NCBI GenBank assembly: GCA_000934665.2
Contig: JYFJ02003434.1
Coordinates: 1 to 41,840 of the forward strand
Source of the DNA: Catajapyx aquilonaris
Lineage: Eukaryota
DNA: 41,840 nt
Reading direction: 5' to 3'
The translations under genes and the position numbers were made by a program. Positions 38,372 through 41,840 of this stretch are shown piece by piece. The notes below the pieces were generated by a model. The model worked only from the letters and a program-made list of their open reading frames with translations. It searched no databases and was not told the DNA's origin. Position 1 is the stretch's first letter, and each line of letters starts with the position of its first letter.

Positions 38372-39155
38372 AGCAGAACTAGTGATGTACAGTACCTGCT
38401 GTACAGTCATTCACATTTTTCTGCAGCCGTCCATGAGGTGTTAGTGTCTCCTTGCCCAAAATCAACCACTTACTTGTCGACCTTGGGTGTACACGTTGAA
38501 TATTCAAAAATTACTTTGGGCTTCCCTTTTTGCAGTAGACCACCTTGTGTTGGTGAGGCAGAAATGGTGCAGGTATGACGTACAGCCGACCTTTCCTTTC
38601 CCCCCAAGGCGAACCTCCCCCGCCTCCCTTCACCTAAGTAAACTCCATGCTTAATTAGAGTGGCTGAAACTCCGGCGGCATTTAATAGGCCTATTTTTGG
38701 CGCTGGCGTTATGACCTGGCGGCAATTTATTAGTCCCGAAAGTGCTGCGACGGTTCATCAAGTATTAATCGTATCGAACCTCGTTATCTGCAACAAGGCC
38801 TCGTTTCTCCAAATTGCAAGCTAACTCCCGCGATTAAACCCGCAGATGCCCAGCCACCACCCTTCTCCCCCACCATCTCCTTCCCCCCGTCTCAGTGCTC
38901 ACGAAAGCTGCGCCTTGTAATAGGCCTAGAAAATGGCTTTATTACCGTCGCAGGAGGGTTGGGTCGGGCCACGGTTGGGTTGCATAGGGACCAGGATAGG
39001 CCAGGAGGAAGCACGGAACTTAATAGGCCGTTTACGACGCGGTTCTCAGTTGGGACCAAGGGGGGTGCTGGCGAGGCATATTAGCACGCACCCAGGAATT
39101 GTAATGGCAATGATAACACTGCCCTCCCTCCTCCCTGTCCCCCAACTCGGGCCAG

Positions 39156-39173
39156 CCCCCCCCCCCCCCCCCC
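39156..39173 (+). repeat. Poly-C homopolymer (C18) followed by an N
   Basis: Read directly; N at 39174. Confidence 0.9.
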
Positions 39174-41840
39174 NCACGCACACATACAACGAATGGAAGC
39201 TAGAGAGGCAAATGGGAGAGAAATTCATGGCCTGCGAAACATTCGCCTGAATTATTTGATGCGTAGTGTTGCTCGACTAGCGTGTGTAAGGAAAAGGCAA
39301 AATATGCGCATTCGTAATGGCGACAAAGTTGCTTCTAGGCCTTTGGAATAACAAATTGCGTCATATTCTAGTGCGCATGAAGGAGTAAATTAGGCGGGAT
39401 GTTTGTAGGAACTGTGGTGTTTAATGCAGCGCTAACCTAGAGCAGTGAAATGAGCTGGATGAGGCTGAGGAGGAAGCTTAGAGTGCTTTGTGTACGACAT
39501 TGTCTGCAAAGGGGGATAAAAATAGGGATGAGGCGAGGAAGTTGGGACTACTGCTGGTGACGTCTGCTGGGTATGTGACTTACGCACGATTTTGCTTCGT
39601 CGTGTGAACTACTGAACGCTGCTAGTCCACAGCTTACTTATTTTTTCCCTGGCATTTCTAACCTTGAGCTTACAAGTTGCTTTCGCATGATGTCTCAATT
39701 TACTTGGCCTGCTGATTCCGCTGGCAATTCTCATCATCGTCATATGAAAAGGCCATCGCTATAGTTGCGAAGTAGTTTTCTCCTGGTGAATTTTTCTGGC
39801 CTGGCTTGCCTGGAGTGTGGTAAATTCTGGAACAGAAGCGAGGAAATGAGTTTGTTAAAAATTAATGTTTATTTGCAACGGAAGGATTTCCCTACCTACT
39901 TAGTACCACGTGCAATTCTGTATAGGCTGAAACCTACCAATCTTAACCCGCGCACTCTACACGAATTGCTTTTATCACGTTTCCAAGATTTAGAAGATAG
40001 TGGGGTGTGATCTATTATGCATTTGATCCGGCTTAGTTAGTTTAATCGATCTTGTTCTGAATTACTTAAGGAGCGAGGTATAGTGCAGGAAATTTAGGCG
40101 TATGTAACGGAATGGAGTAGGAAACTTGCTCGAATAAGAAATTAATAATATATCGAGTGCGTTATCCTGCTTTCCCAAGCTTCAGAGTTAAAGTTTTATG
40201 GAAAGAAAAAGTTTGGGAAGACTCAATCTTATAAAGCGGATGTGTTGGAAATTGCTTTATGAATAAATGAACTGCAGCTGATGTTGCAGAAGTGCTCTTG
40301 CATTACATCACATTACATCTTGCATTGTTTATTCTTGTTAGTAGAAGAAAGTGGTATCAGGGAACCGAGGAAATAAATTTGAAGCCGCCTCGGAGTATGC
40401 AAATGAGAGGGAGTGTGGGTATATAGTCGGTGCTTGGCTGAAACTGTGACTTAGTGAGTCTAGAGCTCAGACCATGCCCCATGTTAGCCTACTAAACAAG
40501 GCTTTTGGGTGGGCATGGTGCGGTCTGTTTTCTGGAAGAAAGTACAAGATGCGCGGGAGGTTTTCTTCCGAGAGGCCCTGATTCCTTTCCTTAGCTCTTC
40601 ATCCATCTGAAGGCCCGAAGGAAGGCAGGAAGGTAGAGGGGAAAAGAGAGGAGAAAAAAAAAGTCTTTTCCACTTATTCCCCGAAGTGCGGAGAGGAGCA
40701 GCTAACGAGTAAATCTCCGGCTAAGTCTGGTGTCCTCCGGGATTCCTGGCGGCCTTTGAAAGGAGCACACGGAACGGGAAGTGGTCATGAATAATAGAGG
40801 CGTTGCCCTCTCTACCGTTGACCCTGGACTCCCATGCGATTCACCTGCTAATATTTTAAGGCCGGCTCCAAAAATGACGCTGGGTACACGGGTAAAAGGC
40901 GGTTGAGCAAGCACACAAAGGCTCCCGCATCAAACTGCAAAGAGCATACATGAATATGTAACGAGTGCAAGGGGATCAAGACAAAGTTAAAGCGGGTCCT
41001 CTCCACCACCCCTTCCCCGACCCATCCCCCCCCTCCCCTTCTGTCAAGTTGACTCTGGGAGAGGTCCACCAAGGTGGTTGGATTGCTGGCTCACTGAGTC
41101 CTGGGTTTGACTCCGGAAAGAGCCTTCTATTTGGATCCACGCTTCCGGAAACTGAGTACACAGGGCGAAAGGGTACCATGCTTTGGAACTTTGGCGAGAA
41201 AAAGACTTTTTTTGGTGGCGGGAGGGGGGCGCAGTAGGGTCAGCCAAGCCCCATTAGTGCAGTCGTCCATTTCGGGTTGACCTTCGACATGTCGATCAAC
41301 TGGCTTCACACGAGAGCAACGGCGTGCCTGCGGCTTTCCAAGTCAGGCATGGCGGCCTGGATCGGGTTTCAGTCGAAAACATGGTAGCAATCGGGCCCAG
41401 TTGTAGTGCACAGGGTGGTGGGAAAGCGCCATGGTGGCTCCATGTGGGGAATTGTCGACTTTTTTTTTGCCATTGAAAATATTTCATCATTAAAATTTAT
41501 TTCTCGATTCCCTTTGATTTGGTACATCCCCTGGTGGTGTTCTGCACTGTTGGCACACGGGCAGCATTCTGCTTTGCCTGAGAGGACACACATTCCTCTG
41601 AGTAAACTTGACTAAACGAATCGAAAGAAACGTCATATTAACACACCATGATTAACTAAGACTATTACCTACTTCTGTGACGCATGAAGTCATTGGTCAC
41701 GACGTCTTAGCCATGTGTTTAGCGATCATTTCGGAGGTATATTTACTTGCCCTGATCTGAAAATATTGGGACACCCCCAAAAAATGGAGTGGTGGGGTTA
41801 TACACAGGATGTGATAAAAAGTTTCCATTAAGATTATCTG

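Noticed and set aside
8518..39174. Isolated N bases at 8518, 15550, 22371, 38368-38369 and 39174
   Set aside because: All lie in or beside G/C-rich runs; this is sequencing or assembly uncertainty, not biology.
1..41840. CRISPR array, prokaryotic operon, rRNA, intact tRNA, homeobox or reverse-transcriptase coding sequence
   Set aside because: No regularly spaced repeats, no gene-dense ORF layout and no recognisable conserved motifs were seen. Very short or highly diverged exons cannot be excluded by eye.

Overview
This window looks like non-coding eukaryotic DNA, most likely from an invertebrate animal. That call rests on abundant CpG, GA/TC and G/C homopolymer tracts, TAAT-rich elements and small DNA-transposon remnants; the species cannot be assigned from sequence alone. 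I find no credible protein-coding gene, rRNA, intact tRNA, CRISPR array or prokaryotic operon. The roughly 200 short ORFs overlap on both strands, are low-complexity or compositionally biased, often start at non-ATG codons, and resemble no family I recognise. GC/CpG-rich, motif-dense blocks alternate with AT-rich spacers that hold most of the mobile-element debris, as expected in a very large intron or gene desert. Best-supported items: (1) a recursive-splicing (ratchet point) architecture on + at 13099-13185: branch point, pyrimidine tract, CAG|GTAAG, then a second GTAAGT donor 52 nt downstream; (2) a 195-bp near-perfect foldback at 32941-33135; (3) a piggyBac-like MITE at 740-994; (4) an excess of TACAGTA/TACTGTA heptamers matching Tc1-type excision footprints; (5) a pre-miRNA-sized hairpin at 26386-26443; (6) eight CCCGGA hexamers clustered at 36887-37168. 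I cannot support a new multi-gene system here. All counts were made by eye and need computational confirmation.
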